A stretch of 64,000 nucleotides of DNA from Gammaproteobacteria bacterium (GCA_965222155.1 CBDCTH010000012.1:3392001-3456000); one strand, 5' to 3'. Counted from the first letter of the stretch, positions 1-10,008 are shown. Program-made: numbers and translations. The notes: generated by a model from the letters alone, not told the origin.

Positions 1-1
1 C

Positions 2-760
2 ACGCATGTTTCGGTGGTCTATTGCGAAACCACGTCGGGGATCGTGAATCCCATTGCCGATATCGCTGAGGTGGTTGCAAGGCACGGGCGCGGGTTGCTG
101 ATTGATGCCGTCAGCGCATTTGGCGCACTGCCGCTGAGCGCCGTTGACATACCGTTTGACGCACTGGCCGCCTCTGCCAACAAGTGTCTTGAAGGTGTTC
201 CCGGTATGGGGTTTGTTATTGCGGCAAGGGACTCCTTCCGGCACACCGAGGGCAATGCCCACTCGTTGAGTCTCGACCTTCATGCTCAATGGCAATACAT
301 GAAGACTAACGGTCAATGGCGGTTTACCCCTCCTACCCATTGTCTGCTGGCGCTGGACCAGGCCCTGCGGGAACTTGAAGAAGAGGGCAGTGTTCCGGGA
401 CGTCGCAGCCGTTACGAAGATAATTGCCGGGTGCTTGTCAATGGGATGCGTGATTTGGGTTTTCAAACGTTGTTACCCGATGAATTACAGGCGCCTGTCA
501 TAGTGACTTTTCTCACGCCGGGTGATAAGTCGTTCAGCTTTCCGGAGTTTTATCGGCGTTTAAATGCCCTCGGCTACGTGATTTATCCAGGCAAATTAAC
601 GTGCGCTGATAGCTTCAGGATCGGTTGTATCGGCCATATCGTTGCGGAACAAATGGCCGCCGCAGTAATCGCGGTTGAACAGGTATTGCGGGAGATGAGC
701 GTCGAGGATTGTGGCCCCGGGAACAATAATTCACCACTGCGCTCCAGCACGGGTCGTTGA
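2..760 (+). CDS. phnW: 2-aminoethylphosphonate-pyruvate transaminase, 5' end outside window
   Basis: THVSVVYCETTSG, IDAVSAFG, SANKCLEGVPG (PLP Lys), QWRFTPPTH and IYPGKLT motifs typical of PhnW; frame is open back to base 2. Confidence 0.9.
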   Translation, partial: THVSVVYCETTSGIVNPIADIAEVVARHGRGLLIDAVSAFGALPLSAVDIPFDALAASANKCLEGVPGMGFVIAARDSFRHTEGNAHSLSLDLHAQWQYMKTNGQWRFTPPTHCLLALDQALRELEEEGSVPGRRSRYEDNCRVLVNGMRDLGFQTLLPDELQAPVIVTFLTPGDKSFSFPEFYRRLNALGYVIYPGKLTCADSFRIGCIGHIVAEQMAAAVIAVEQVLREMSVEDCGPGNNNSPLRSSTGR

Positions 761-805
761 TGAATCAGGATTTCAGTTCACCTTCCAGACATCTCCTGTG
801 CGGAG

Positions 806-2347
806 GTGTTCGAAAAAATCACCTTTACCAAACTTATAATGATGCCTGATAACACTGGAAATTCACCCATTACAAATCCTGCCCAGTTACCGGCGTCGCC
901 CGGCACGAGACCGGCATGGGACATATCCGACCTGCCCGCTCCGCCCGATTTCAATTTCCGCAACATTGTCAGGATTATCGGGCCGGGCGCCATAGTCTTG
1001 TCCATGTCCATAGGCCTGGGGGAGTGGGTACTGGGCCCGCTGGTGGTTACGCAGTACGGATTCACCATGCTGTGGGTGGTAACCGTCGCCATTATTTTAC
1101 AACTCGCCCTCAACCTGGAATTTATTCGTTATACGGTCTATACGGGCGAACCGGTGATTAATGGATTTTTGCGGCTCGGCCCTCATCCGCTGTTCTGGGG
1201 AGGGGTATACATCCTGTTGACGTTGTTTCATGCCGGCTGGCCGGCCTGGGCTGCAGCTTCCGCGGCGCCGTTATTCGCCGGTTTTACCGGCCATTTGCCG
1301 GGACCGGGTGATGAATCGGTCATGCGCTGGCTGGGGATCATGAACCTGTTGATTTGCGCCGCTATAGTTGCAGTCGGCGGGAAGGTCGAGCGTACCCTGG
1401 AAATAATCAACTGGTTTATGGTGTTATTCGTGTTTGGTTTTTTACTTTTCGTATGTGTGTTGATCGTACCTGCGGAAACCTGGTGGGCGGGCCTCCTGGG
1501 CTTCTTCGGGATGACGCCCGGGTTTGAATTCCTGCTCATCCCGGAAGACGTCAGTTGGATACTGATCGGTGGGTTCGCCGCATTCGCCGGGGCGGGCGGC
1601 ATGGCCAATCTCACCGTAAGTAATTATATGCGGGACAAAGGGATAGGCATGGGTAGCAAGGTGGGATATATTTCGACGCTGATTGGCGGCAGGAAGGTTG
1701 CCGTATCGCCCATCGGCTGTGTATTTCCTGCGAACGAAGCCAACCTGCAACGCTGGCGGGTCTGGTGGCAGTATGTGCGTTGTGATCAAATCCTTGTCTG
1801 GGCCGCGGGTTGTTTCGTCGGCATGTTTCTGAACTGTATACTGGCGGCGCATATTATTCCTGCCGGGACGGAATTGAGTGGCTTGTCCATCGGCGCCTTC
1901 CAGGCTGAATATCTGGCCCGGAAGGAAGGCGCCTTACTGGGTTTCGTCACCCTGGTAAACGGTTTCTGGATTCTGTTCGGCAGCCAGTTGGTCACCATTG
2001 ACCTGATGGCGCGTATCAACACTGATCTTATCTGGAGCATGAGTGAGCGCGTCAGGCGCATTACCGGCAACGATATCCGGCGCCTGTATTATTTTCTGCT
2101 GATTACTTTTGTACTGTGGGGATGTATTGCCATCAACCTGGCACAACCTAAAGCGCTGGTGCTGATTTCCTCCAATGTCGCAGGGTTTATCCTGGTCGTC
2201 AGCGCCGTTCATATCCTGATACTCAACCACAAGGCCCTGCCGCGGGCCGTCAGAAGCCCCTGCTGGGCGAGGGGCCTGGTCGCCTGTACGGCTTTGTTTT
2301 ACGGATTCTTCTTTGTGCAGAACCTGCTTGAACTGTTGGGATGGTAG
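806..2347 (+). CDS. Nramp/APC-superfamily membrane transporter
   Basis: Many hydrophobic segments; GPGAIVLSMSIGLGEW and RYTVYTGE motifs; start may be ATG 839/842. Confidence 0.7.
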   Translation: MFEKITFTKLIMMPDNTGNSPITNPAQLPASPGTRPAWDISDLPAPPDFNFRNIVRIIGPGAIVLSMSIGLGEWVLGPLVVTQYGFTMLWVVTVAIILQLALNLEFIRYTVYTGEPVINGFLRLGPHPLFWGGVYILLTLFHAGWPAWAAASAAPLFAGFTGHLPGPGDESVMRWLGIMNLLICAAIVAVGGKVERTLEIINWFMVLFVFGFLLFVCVLIVPAETWWAGLLGFFGMTPGFEFLLIPEDVSWILIGGFAAFAGAGGMANLTVSNYMRDKGIGMGSKVGYISTLIGGRKVAVSPIGCVFPANEANLQRWRVWWQYVRCDQILVWAAGCFVGMFLNCILAAHIIPAGTELSGLSIGAFQAEYLARKEGALLGFVTLVNGFWILFGSQLVTIDLMARINTDLIWSMSERVRRITGNDIRRLYYFLLITFVLWGCIAINLAQPKALVLISSNVAGFILVVSAVHILILNHKALPRAVRSPCWARGLVACTALFYGFFFVQNLLELLGW

Positions 2348-2418
2348 TGTTCAGCGTGTTTCATTGCTGTCCGCTTATGGTGTATGCTTATGACAAAAAG
2401 TATGATCTTGCTCTGGTA

Positions 2419-2489
2419 CAGGAAAAAATGCAGCTTACATAAATATAATCAATAGGTTAGAATAGCTTTTAGGGTTTTTCAGGGACGAC
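2419..2489. mobile_element. Orphan end of the IS5-family element found at 58131-59687
   Basis: 71 bp closely matching 59617-59687, ending in the terminal IR GGGTTTTTCAGGGACGAC. Confidence 0.8.
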
Positions 2490-2745
2490 TAACTAGTTGT
2501 AGCTCGACCCCAACGCCGGATATGCAAAGAATGGCATCACAAGCATGCAGACAGTGGGGTTATCAGAGCGCCAGTCCTTTTGGTGGCTACAGGCAGATTC
2601 CCAGAGATGCTTATAATGGTAACATTGAAATCAGCTATCAATGCTTAGGGGACCTGGAAAAGTAACTAGCTCTGGTTGACGAGCACGCGTTGGAAAGCTC
2701 AAGACGGGAGCTTTATATCGTAATAAAACCAGAGGTAATCAGACT

Positions 2746-3054
2746 ATGGAATTATTCTTGTGGGCAGTAGTATTGGGCCTAATTCCAGCGCTTATTGCAC
2801 AGAGTAAAGGTAAATCATTTATTGGATGGTGGATATATGGTGCCCTTCTATTTATCGTTGCACTCCCTCATGCGCTTATAGTGAAGGCAGATCAAAAGAC
2901 GATTGAAACCAGGCAATTATCTGAAGGAATGAAAAAGTGCCCGTATTGTGCAGAGATGATCAAGCAGGAAGCTAATGTCTGCAGGTATTGTGGTAAGGAT
3001 TTGGCGGAAAACACCAAAACTGATTCAACGACAACAACAGGAGAATTATTATGA
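2746..3054 (+). CDS. Small membrane protein with C-terminal zinc ribbon
   Basis: Two TM helices, then CPYCAE-x-CRYCG; AGAGG RBS. Confidence 0.8.
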   Translation: MELFLWAVVLGLIPALIAQSKGKSFIGWWIYGALLFIVALPHALIVKADQKTIETRQLSEGMKKCPYCAEMIKQEANVCRYCGKDLAENTKTDSTTTTGELL

Positions 3055-3215
3055 CTGAGAAAGAAAGACCCGACCTGGAAGAGATCATCAAAAGGGAAGA
3101 TATTGAAAAAAACACGCCGAGCGACGATCTTATAAAAGAGCAGGAGAGGTATAACCAGACCATCAGGGATACGCAACCACCGCCTGAACATGATCCTGAT
3201 GGTAAGCAAAAGTAG
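3051..3215 (+). CDS. 54-aa charged, Pro-rich small protein (not in ORF track)
   Basis: AGGAGA RBS, ATGA overlap with upstream stop; [11 protein letters not shown]...[14 protein letters not shown]. Confidence 0.5.
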   Translation: MTEKERPDLEEIIKREDIEKNTPSDDLIKEQERYNQTIRDTQPPPEHDPDGKQK

Positions 3216-3274
3216 TTGACAAATCAGCAATCTAGTGCTTTCTTAAGTTATAGCATGATATTAGGAATCCTGAA

Positions 3275-3820
3275 ATGACTGATCAAACAAAAGCCTATCG
3301 CGACTTGTTGTTCGGCATACGTCGTTCGGTGCGCTATCACAGCCGTCGGCGTCAGCACTATGAATTCTTCCATAAATCCGTTCTGTTCTTAGCGTTAGTA
3401 TTGGGGTTTGTAACAGTCGCCGCGTTTGCCGATGCCATCGGCGCTGAATGGGATACCTGGATGAAGGCCCTGCCGGCAGCGGCAGTCAGTGTCCTGGCTG
3501 CGCTGGATCTTGTAATCGGAACTACAACAAAATCCTGGCAGCATGCTGACCTGTTGCGTCAGTTCATTGAGCTCGAGCGGGATATGCAGCTTAGGTCTCA
3601 GGAACCTCTTGACGACCTGGTTCGTGAAATTACCGGCAGGCGTCTACAAATCGAAGCTTCCGAGCCGCCGGTGCTGAGGGTGCTGGATACGATTTGCCAT
3701 AACGAGCAGCTGCGCTCCATGGGCTACAAGCCTGAAGACGAGGTGAAGGTGGGCATATTTCAGCGCCTGTTTGCGCCCCTTTTTGATTTGGCGGAGTGGC
3801 GGTTGCATTCTAATCATTAA
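3275..3820 (+). CDS. Two-TM protein, SLATT-like
   Basis: Basic helix (RSVRYHSRRRQHY), TM hairpin, then H-x-x-L-x-x-x-F-x-x-L helical tail, as in SLATT effectors. Confidence 0.55.
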   Translation: MTDQTKAYRDLLFGIRRSVRYHSRRRQHYEFFHKSVLFLALVLGFVTVAAFADAIGAEWDTWMKALPAAAVSVLAALDLVIGTTTKSWQHADLLRQFIELERDMQLRSQEPLDDLVREITGRRLQIEASEPPVLRVLDTICHNEQLRSMGYKPEDEVKVGIFQRLFAPLFDLAEWRLHSNH

Positions 3821-3955
3821 GGGATTATTTCTCTCAAAGCTCGTCGGGTCAGCGTATATGGCGTGATCCGAACAGCGTAGCACCCAGCGACCACAGCCGC
3901 CGGCGAATGAATGGTATATTTGCGGGCGAAACTACAGCTTTAGGAGGCTGATATT

Positions 3956-4144
3956 ATGAAGGACTTTTTGAAATCAGTTTTACAGGATGATCAAGGTAAT
4001 CCATCATCAATGCGCCTTATGTCGCTTATTGCTTTATCCACTGCAATAGGGCTTGCTGTCGCCCCGTTTGTTTTCAAACACGAGGGCGATCCAATTCATG
4101 TGTTGTATTTTCTAACTGCCGCGTTCGCACCGAAGGCAGTATAA
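3956..4144 (+). pseudogene. Phage holin-like 2-TM protein with probable premature stop
   Basis: AGGAGG RBS; DDQGNPSSMRLMS...FAPKAV-TAA-KFAEK, consistent with CAA>TAA. Confidence 0.4.
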
Positions 4145-4175
4145 AAATTCGCTGAAAAAAGTAAGAATAGAGCGA

Positions 4176-4313
4176 TCAGGATATCTTCCCAATCATAACA
4201 AGCCCGTATAATGCGCCGATCACTGTTGCTGTAATAATTGCCCATTTTATTGCGTCAGCTATCCCTTGGTTTGCTGTCAACGAATAGCGGGGGACTTCTT
4301 TTGAATCATCCAT
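4176..4313 (-). CDS. 45-aa single-TM hypothetical protein
   Basis: C-terminal part of the 4176..4496 ORF, from ATG 4313; one hydrophobic helix. Confidence 0.3.
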   Translation of the reverse strand: MDDSKEVPRYSLTANQGIADAIKWAIITATVIGALYGLVMIGKIS

Positions 4314-4601
4314 GGGAGGATTGGTGATTATCCATACTCCCGTCTGTAAAGTCACCGCTTTCCACGGCCAGAACAGAATTGCCGCCGCTCCAGACCCAAA
4401 GCGGTTCGTCAGGCACTTTGATTTTTGCCCACTGACCCGGCAGCAGTTCAATCCCCGTTTCGTCAGTTGGGGCATTGGCTGCGTTATTTTTCGCAAGACT
4501 CTAGTAACGGACTGATTGCCTGAACGGTATACTTTATTAATTTTCCGGCTGTTTTATAATCAACAATCCCAATCATGATCAGGAGTTTAAGGAGACATGT
4601 T

Positions 4602-5183
4602 ATGACATTAAAACGTATTCTGTGTATCGCCCTGCTTTCTTCCACCTTTTTAGTGCTGAGCAGAGGCGCCGTTGCGGCTGAATATGAAATTGATATCGAA
4701 GGTATGCACGCGGCGATCCAGTTCCGAATCATTCACCTGGGCTACAGTGTTTTGACCGGTCGCTTTAATGACTTCGGCGGCAGCTTCAGCTGGGATAAAG
4801 ACAACCCGGGCGCCGCATCGATTAATGTGACGATTAAAACTGCCAGTTTCGATTCAAATCATGCGGAACGGGATAAGCACCTCCGGGAAGCGGATTTTCT
4901 GGACGTGGAAAAATACCCGGAAGCGACCTTCAAGAGCACGAAGTACAATGGCGATGCCGGCGGCGGCAAACTGGAGGGTATATTGACCCTGCACGGCGTC
5001 AGCAAACCCATCACGATAGATGTGGCATATATCGGCGAAGGGGATGATCCCTGGGGCGGTTACCGCGCCGGTTTTGAGGGTAAGGTAACTTTGCGCCGTT
5101 CGGATTTCGGCATGATGTATGAGCTCGGCCCCAGGTCGGATGAGATGGAACTGGACCTGTTTATTGAAGGAGTCAGGAAATAA
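4602..5183 (+). CDS. yceI: YceI-family periplasmic lipid/polyisoprenoid-binding protein
   Basis: Signal peptide; HLGYS..GRFNDF, RDKHLR..DF, LTLHGV and DPWGGYRAGFEG; AAGGAGA RBS. Confidence 0.92.
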   Translation: MTLKRILCIALLSSTFLVLSRGAVAAEYEIDIEGMHAAIQFRIIHLGYSVLTGRFNDFGGSFSWDKDNPGAASINVTIKTASFDSNHAERDKHLREADFLDVEKYPEATFKSTKYNGDAGGGKLEGILTLHGVSKPITIDVAYIGEGDDPWGGYRAGFEGKVTLRRSDFGMMYELGPRSDEMELDLFIEGVRK

Positions 5184-5190
5184 CAAAAAA

Positions 5191-5215
5191 GGGGACAGAT
5201 TTCAAATCTGTCCCC
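5191..5215. repeat. REP-like palindrome GGGGACAGATTTNAAATCTGTCCCC (copy 1 of 5)
   Basis: Perfect palindrome; other copies at 7474, 27751, 45828, 48747. Confidence 0.9.
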
Positions 5216-5290
5216 GGCGCTCCCGGCATTCGTCGGAATGACAGGAGCGCCGGGGAATAGGGTAATCTGTGGACAAATTCTGATGAAATC

Positions 5291-5848
5291 ATGGGCTGGT
5301 CCATGCTGATAAAAAATACACCCGCCCGTTTCGGCCTGTTCAGTAAACTGCTGCACTGGCTTATTGCCATTCTCATCCTTGGCCTGATCTGGTTGGGCTG
5401 GTACATGGTGGATCTGACTTACTATGACAAGTGGTATAACGATTCGCTGCATTACCATAAATCCCTGGGTATCCTGGCGCTGGCCCTGGCACTGGTCAAG
5501 ATCGGCTGGCAACAATATACGCCTGCGTCTGGACCATTAGCCGGCTTGCAATCATGGGAAAGGAGCGGGGCAAAGTTCATGCACTATGTTTTATGGGGCA
5601 TGATGTTATTAATTCCCGTTACCGGTTACCTCATTTCCACTTCCGCTGGAAAACCCATCCAATTGTTCAACTGGTTTGCACTGCCCGCCGTCATTGATGT
5701 GGATGAGGGACTCAGGGATCTCGCCATAACCGTCCACTATTACCTGGCATACGCCACCCTGTTCCTGGTTGTGGGGCACGCCGGCGCCGCGTTAAAACAT
5801 CACTTCATCAACAGGGACGACACTCTCAAACGCATGCTATGGAAATAA
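5291..5848 (+). CDS. Cytochrome b561 (YceJ-like)
   Basis: LHW, HKSLG, H and HAGAALKHHF heme ligands; adjacent to yceI. Confidence 0.9.
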   Translation: MGWSMLIKNTPARFGLFSKLLHWLIAILILGLIWLGWYMVDLTYYDKWYNDSLHYHKSLGILALALALVKIGWQQYTPASGPLAGLQSWERSGAKFMHYVLWGMMLLIPVTGYLISTSAGKPIQLFNWFALPAVIDVDEGLRDLAITVHYYLAYATLFLVVGHAGAALKHHFINRDDTLKRMLWK

Positions 5849-6024
5849 ACATGGATGCACAGGATGGACAGGATAAAATGAAATAGTCTGTTATTCTCGC
5901 CGGCCTGATGTAATGGTTACATTCCCGTTCAATGGACCATCAAACAAACGATAACATTCCGGAACATTATCCTTAATAATGACGTAAACTCCTGACTAAT
6001 CCTGTATATCCTGTACATCAATGT
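5849..6024. repeat. Element bounded by 26-bp imperfect inverted repeats built from ACAGGAT units
   Basis: 5849-5874 vs reverse complement of 5999-6024, 22/26 match. Confidence 0.75.
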
Positions 6025-6027
6025 GAA

Positions 6028-7404
6028 TCAACCCTGGCCCAGTGCCAGGTAACAGACCACCGTTATCACAACCGCCAGTATCAGGTTCAGCACGAATCCC
6101 CCCTGCACCATTTCCCGGATAGTGACGTAGCCTGTACCGAATACGATGGCATTGGGGACGGTAGCAACCGGCAGCATGAAGGCGCAGGATGCCGACATCG
6201 CGGCCGGGATCATCATCAACTCGGGGCTTACACCTACGGCCATCGCCGTTGCCGCAAAGATAGGCATCAGCAACGTGGTCGTTGCGGTATTGGAGGTAAT
6301 CTCGGTCAGGAATGTCACGCCCAGGCAGATGCACAGCAGCAGCACGGGTACGGGAAACATGGCCAGGACGGCCAGTTTTTGCGCGATCAACTCTGCCAGG
6401 CCGCTGGATGAAAATGCCTTGGCAATGGTTATGCCGCTGGCGAAAAGAATTAACATGCCCCAGGGAATGTCAACAGCCGTCTTCCAGTCCAGCAACCGGT
6501 CACCCTTGCCGGACGGCAATATAAACATGACAAGCACGGCAGCCAGCGCCACGGTGGCGTCGCCTACTCCGGGCGTTCCCAACAGGCCTGACCAGCCACC
6601 GAAGGGCTCAGAGCGCGTTATCCATAATACTATTGTGGTTCCGAACACCGCCAGAACGCGTATTTCATTCATCTGCCACGGGCCGGCTGTAGGCAGGTCC
6701 AGGGTTTCTTTCCAGGTAACGTTGCGAGTCAGCCACAATGCCATCAGGGGCAGACCGCATGCGACGACCGGGAGGCCGATCTTCATCCAGTCCACAAACG
6801 TGAATTCGAGGCCGGTAAACTCCGAATAAATACCTGAGAATATGATGTTGGGCGGTGTGCCTATCAGGGTTGCGACACCCCCCAGTGAGGAGGAATGGGC
6901 GAGACCGAGAACGACGGCAATCGCAAGTGCCTTGTTCTCCACCTGTTTGAGTACTGCCAGGGCAATCGGGATCAGAATCAGGGTTGTGGCCGTATTGCTG
7001 ATCCACATGGACAACGATGCCCCGGTCAACATGAAGGCAAACACGATGCGTTTCCCGCTGCCGCCGACCGTATGCAAAATCGCCAGGGCAAAGCGCCTGT
7101 GTACGCCGGATCTTTCCAGGGATTTTGCCAGCATGAAACCGCCCATCAGCAGCAGGATCACCGGGCTGCCCAGGCCCGCTGCCGCTTCCTTGTGGGTCAG
7201 GACGTTGGTCAGCGGGAAGGCAAAAAACGGGATCAGTGAGGTCGCCGGTATCGGGATGGTTTCCGTGACCCACCAGGTTGCGGTCAGCAGGGTTATCGCC
7301 GCGGTCATGGCAATAACGTACTCAATATCAAAATATTGCAGCAGGAAGAACAGCAGGACGGATGCCAGGGGGGCCGCAAATAACGTGATTGACTTGATTG
7401 TCAT
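6028..7404 (-). CDS. SLC13/DASS family sodium:dicarboxylate/sulfate symporter
   Basis: SMWISNTATT, IGTPPN, EITSNTAT and AFMLPVATVPNAIV motifs. Confidence 0.93.
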   Translation of the reverse strand: MTIKSITLFAAPLASVLLFFLLQYFDIEYVIAMTAAITLLTATWWVTETIPIPATSLIPFFAFPLTNVLTHKEAAAGLGSPVILLLMGGFMLAKSLERSGVHRRFALAILHTVGGSGKRIVFAFMLTGASLSMWISNTATTLILIPIALAVLKQVENKALAIAVVLGLAHSSSLGGVATLIGTPPNIIFSGIYSEFTGLEFTFVDWMKIGLPVVACGLPLMALWLTRNVTWKETLDLPTAGPWQMNEIRVLAVFGTTIVLWITRSEPFGGWSGLLGTPGVGDATVALAAVLVMFILPSGKGDRLLDWKTAVDIPWGMLILFASGITIAKAFSSSGLAELIAQKLAVLAMFPVPVLLLCICLGVTFLTEITSNTATTTLLMPIFAATAMAVGVSPELMMIPAAMSASCAFMLPVATVPNAIVFGTGYVTIREMVQGGFVLNLILAVVITVVCYLALGQG

Positions 7405-7473
7405 TCTTATAATTCCAGGTGCTCCCGCTAACTCGAAGTCAATACAGTGATTCTTGCCGGATTTGAAGACAGA

Positions 7474-7497
7474 GGGGACAGATTTAAATCTGTCCCC
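7474..7497. repeat. REP-like palindrome GGGGACAG family (copy 2)
   Basis: GGGGACAGATTTAAATCTGTCCCC. Confidence 0.9.
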
Positions 7498-7519
7498 CAG
7501 GAGTCACGGGCATTTTCCC

Positions 7520-7572
7520 CTGGGAGCGAGGGCGTCTCGCCCTCCACGAGGGCAGGATGCCATCGCTCCCGG
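7520..7572. repeat. REP doublet (GGGAGCGAGGGCGTCTCGCCCTC...GGGCAGGATGCCATCGCTCCC)
   Basis: Nested inverted repeats of the kind usually associated with RAYT transposases. Confidence 0.6.
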
Positions 7573-7764
7573 GAGTTAGCGGGAACTGCTGTTATTATTC
7601 CTGATATCTTGCCTGTTTTCTATTACATTATATTATCAGGGGTAGCATGAATACTTTATCCATAAATTATCAGGATGCAGGTCATGATACATCGATATCT
7701 GAAAGGCATTGGTTGAAATTCAACATAATTTCCCTTACACAAACACGGCCCGGGAGATATTAAA

Positions 7765-8979
7765 ATGCTGTTTACTCGTCGTGCATTTATAGGCGTAGCG
7801 TCGGCTGCCTCCGCGTTGCTGGCCGGCAGCGCAGCTGCAAAACCGGCTTCTTCATCACAGGATCCCCTCGGTGTCCGTGTTGATTTCCCCGGCGTAGAGA
7901 AAACCATATTTTTCGATTCAGCCTATACGGCGCTTTCACCCAGGCAGGCAGTCGGGGCGGCGCAGGCGTTTCTTGGTTCCATAGGTCACAACCCGCCAAA
8001 TGTGCCGGAAATGATGCATGAGTCAGAGCTGGCACGCGAACGTTTTGCAGGATTAATAGGCGCCGCACAGGAAGAGATTGGACTGCTCTATGCGACCAGT
8101 GATGGCGAAAACATCGTCTCACGGGCGTTGAACATGCAGGCAGGCGATAATGTGGTTATTGACGATCTTCATTACCAGTCCACCTATGTCCTCTATCAGC
8201 ATCTGAAAGAAAAACTGGGGATCGAGGTACGGATCGTGCGGAATATAAACGGAGCAACGCCGGCAGAAATGTTTGTGCCATATGTGGACGAACGCACACG
8301 ATTAATCTCCGTCTCCTGGGTGTCACACTTCAACGGTTATCGTCAGGACCTGCAGGCCCTGGCAGATCTTGTCCATGAACAGGGCGGCTGTCTGTATGCC
8401 GACGCCATACAGGGCATAGGTATGCTGGACCTGGATGTGAAAGCTGTTGATGTCGATTTCCTCACCAGTGGCAGTTATAAGTGGTTACTGGCGGGTTATG
8501 GTGTGGCGCCGTTTTATGTACGCAAAGAGCTTTTGGACCTGGTGAGCACGGACCGTTCCGGTGGTTTCCAGGCGGCCGAGGCGCTGGGCGATCATCAATA
8601 CAGACTCCATACGGATGGACGCAAATATCAGTACGCCACCATGTCATTCGGCGCCGTCTATCACCTCAATGCGGCGCTGGAATACATTCTTGGGATTGGC
8701 GTCACCAATATTGAGCGCCATACGGTCGGCCTGGCCCATCGGCTTCGCCAGGGTCTTGCGTCACAAGGATTTGAAATCAACACACCTGCCGGCAATGCAT
8801 CGTCCATTGTCACATTTCAACACGGGAGAGACGCCAAAGCGGTTCGACGTGATCTCAAGGCAGGGGGGGTTAAAATAAACATCAGCGACAACCAGTCCCA
8901 CCTTCGAGTCGGTATCGCACTTTATAATAATGCAGCGGAAATAGATCAATTTCTCAAGTTGACCGGCAACTGGAAGTAA
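7765..8979 (+). CDS. Class V PLP-dependent enzyme (cysteine desulfurase-like) with Tat signal peptide
   Basis: TRRAFIG followed by Ala-rich stretch and AAA cleavage site; DAIQGIG and SYKWLL PLP motifs. Confidence 0.85.
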   Translation: MLFTRRAFIGVASAASALLAGSAAAKPASSSQDPLGVRVDFPGVEKTIFFDSAYTALSPRQAVGAAQAFLGSIGHNPPNVPEMMHESELARERFAGLIGAAQEEIGLLYATSDGENIVSRALNMQAGDNVVIDDLHYQSTYVLYQHLKEKLGIEVRIVRNINGATPAEMFVPYVDERTRLISVSWVSHFNGYRQDLQALADLVHEQGGCLYADAIQGIGMLDLDVKAVDVDFLTSGSYKWLLAGYGVAPFYVRKELLDLVSTDRSGGFQAAEALGDHQYRLHTDGRKYQYATMSFGAVYHLNAALEYILGIGVTNIERHTVGLAHRLRQGLASQGFEINTPAGNASSIVTFQHGRDAKAVRRDLKAGGVKINISDNQSHLRVGIALYNNAAEIDQFLKLTGNWK

Positions 8980-8999
8980 GCATTACCCTTTTCCCTGTA

Positions 9000-9884
9000 T
9001 TGGTAGACGCAATGAATTACGTGGTCAAATTCATCCTGCTTACACAGTTGCTGACCCCGTACAATCCGCTCGCGGCAAGTCCGGAGTGTACGCTGGATGA
9101 ATTCCCCGAACATTACATCCGGGTCTACGAAAATCAGGGACTGCTTAACCCGTGCTACCATCAACTCATCGACAACCTGGATGATGCCCGGGCAGTCCAG
9201 GCAGACCTGGTCGGTCTGATGGCCGGCCGCTATCAGCAGGCTGGTTACAAAGTGGGCCTCACGGACAGGACAGCACAGGAAATGTTTGGCATACCTCAAC
9301 CGTTAGTCGGTGTCTTGTTCAGGGAAATGTTACTGCCGGACGGAGCTGTTATCGCGCTGGATTCCGCCACGTCGCTGCTGCTGGAACTGGATCTGCTGGC
9401 GCGGGTAAAATCGGCTGAAATCAATCAGGCCGTATCGATTGAAGACGTTGCCCCGCATATTGATGCAATCATCCCGTTTATTGAACTACCCGACGCGTTG
9501 TTCAGGCTTGATGGCGGCAGCGCGGCAGCGCTGTTACTGGCCGGCAACGTAGGCGCCAGGTGGGGTGTAACCGGTACTCCCGTAACAGTAGTTAATGCGC
9601 AAGACCTGGTCGAGTATCTCCCCGCCATGACGCTTCATCTGGAGACGGATACAGGCGCGCTAATACGCCAGGGGCAGGGAAACCAAATTTTGGGACACCC
9701 ATTAAATTCCGTCCTGTTTTTACTGAAGGAATTAGCCCTGAGAAATGAAATATTGAAGCCAGGGCACATAATCAGCCTGGGCGCTATCGGAGGACCGGTG
9801 AAGGCAGAGCAGGGCAGGCGTTATACGGCGAAGTATTCCGGTTACGGCGAGAAGGAATTCAGTGTATCCGTCACAATCCGGTAG
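9000..9884 (+). CDS. 2-keto-4-pentenoate hydratase-like (FAH superfamily) protein with N-terminal extension
   Basis: GYKVGLT, PFIELPD, NVGARWGV and LGHPLNSV motifs; likely start ATG 9012. Confidence 0.8.
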   Translation: MVDAMNYVVKFILLTQLLTPYNPLAASPECTLDEFPEHYIRVYENQGLLNPCYHQLIDNLDDARAVQADLVGLMAGRYQQAGYKVGLTDRTAQEMFGIPQPLVGVLFREMLLPDGAVIALDSATSLLLELDLLARVKSAEINQAVSIEDVAPHIDAIIPFIELPDALFRLDGGSAAALLLAGNVGARWGVTGTPVTVVNAQDLVEYLPAMTLHLETDTGALIRQGQGNQILGHPLNSVLFLLKELALRNEILKPGHIISLGAIGGPVKAEQGRRYTAKYSGYGEKEFSVSVTIR

Positions 9885-10008
9885 CCGTGGCGTGTTAAAT
9901 TATCCGTAACAGTTCTTCTGACGTCATTACCTGGGCCGTCCAGTCATCCAATATCTCGAAGTAGATTTCCGAATGGTTTCCCAGGGCGCCGAGCCAGTGC
10001 AAATAGAA

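Noticed and set aside
2490-4500. Integron cassette array
   Set aside because: Small AT-rich ORFs are suggestive, but I found no convincing attC pairs and no integrase
6146-7450. Long + strand ORFs opposite the SLC13 transporter (and similar antisense ORFs elsewhere)
   Set aside because: Shadow frames of well-supported GC-rich genes
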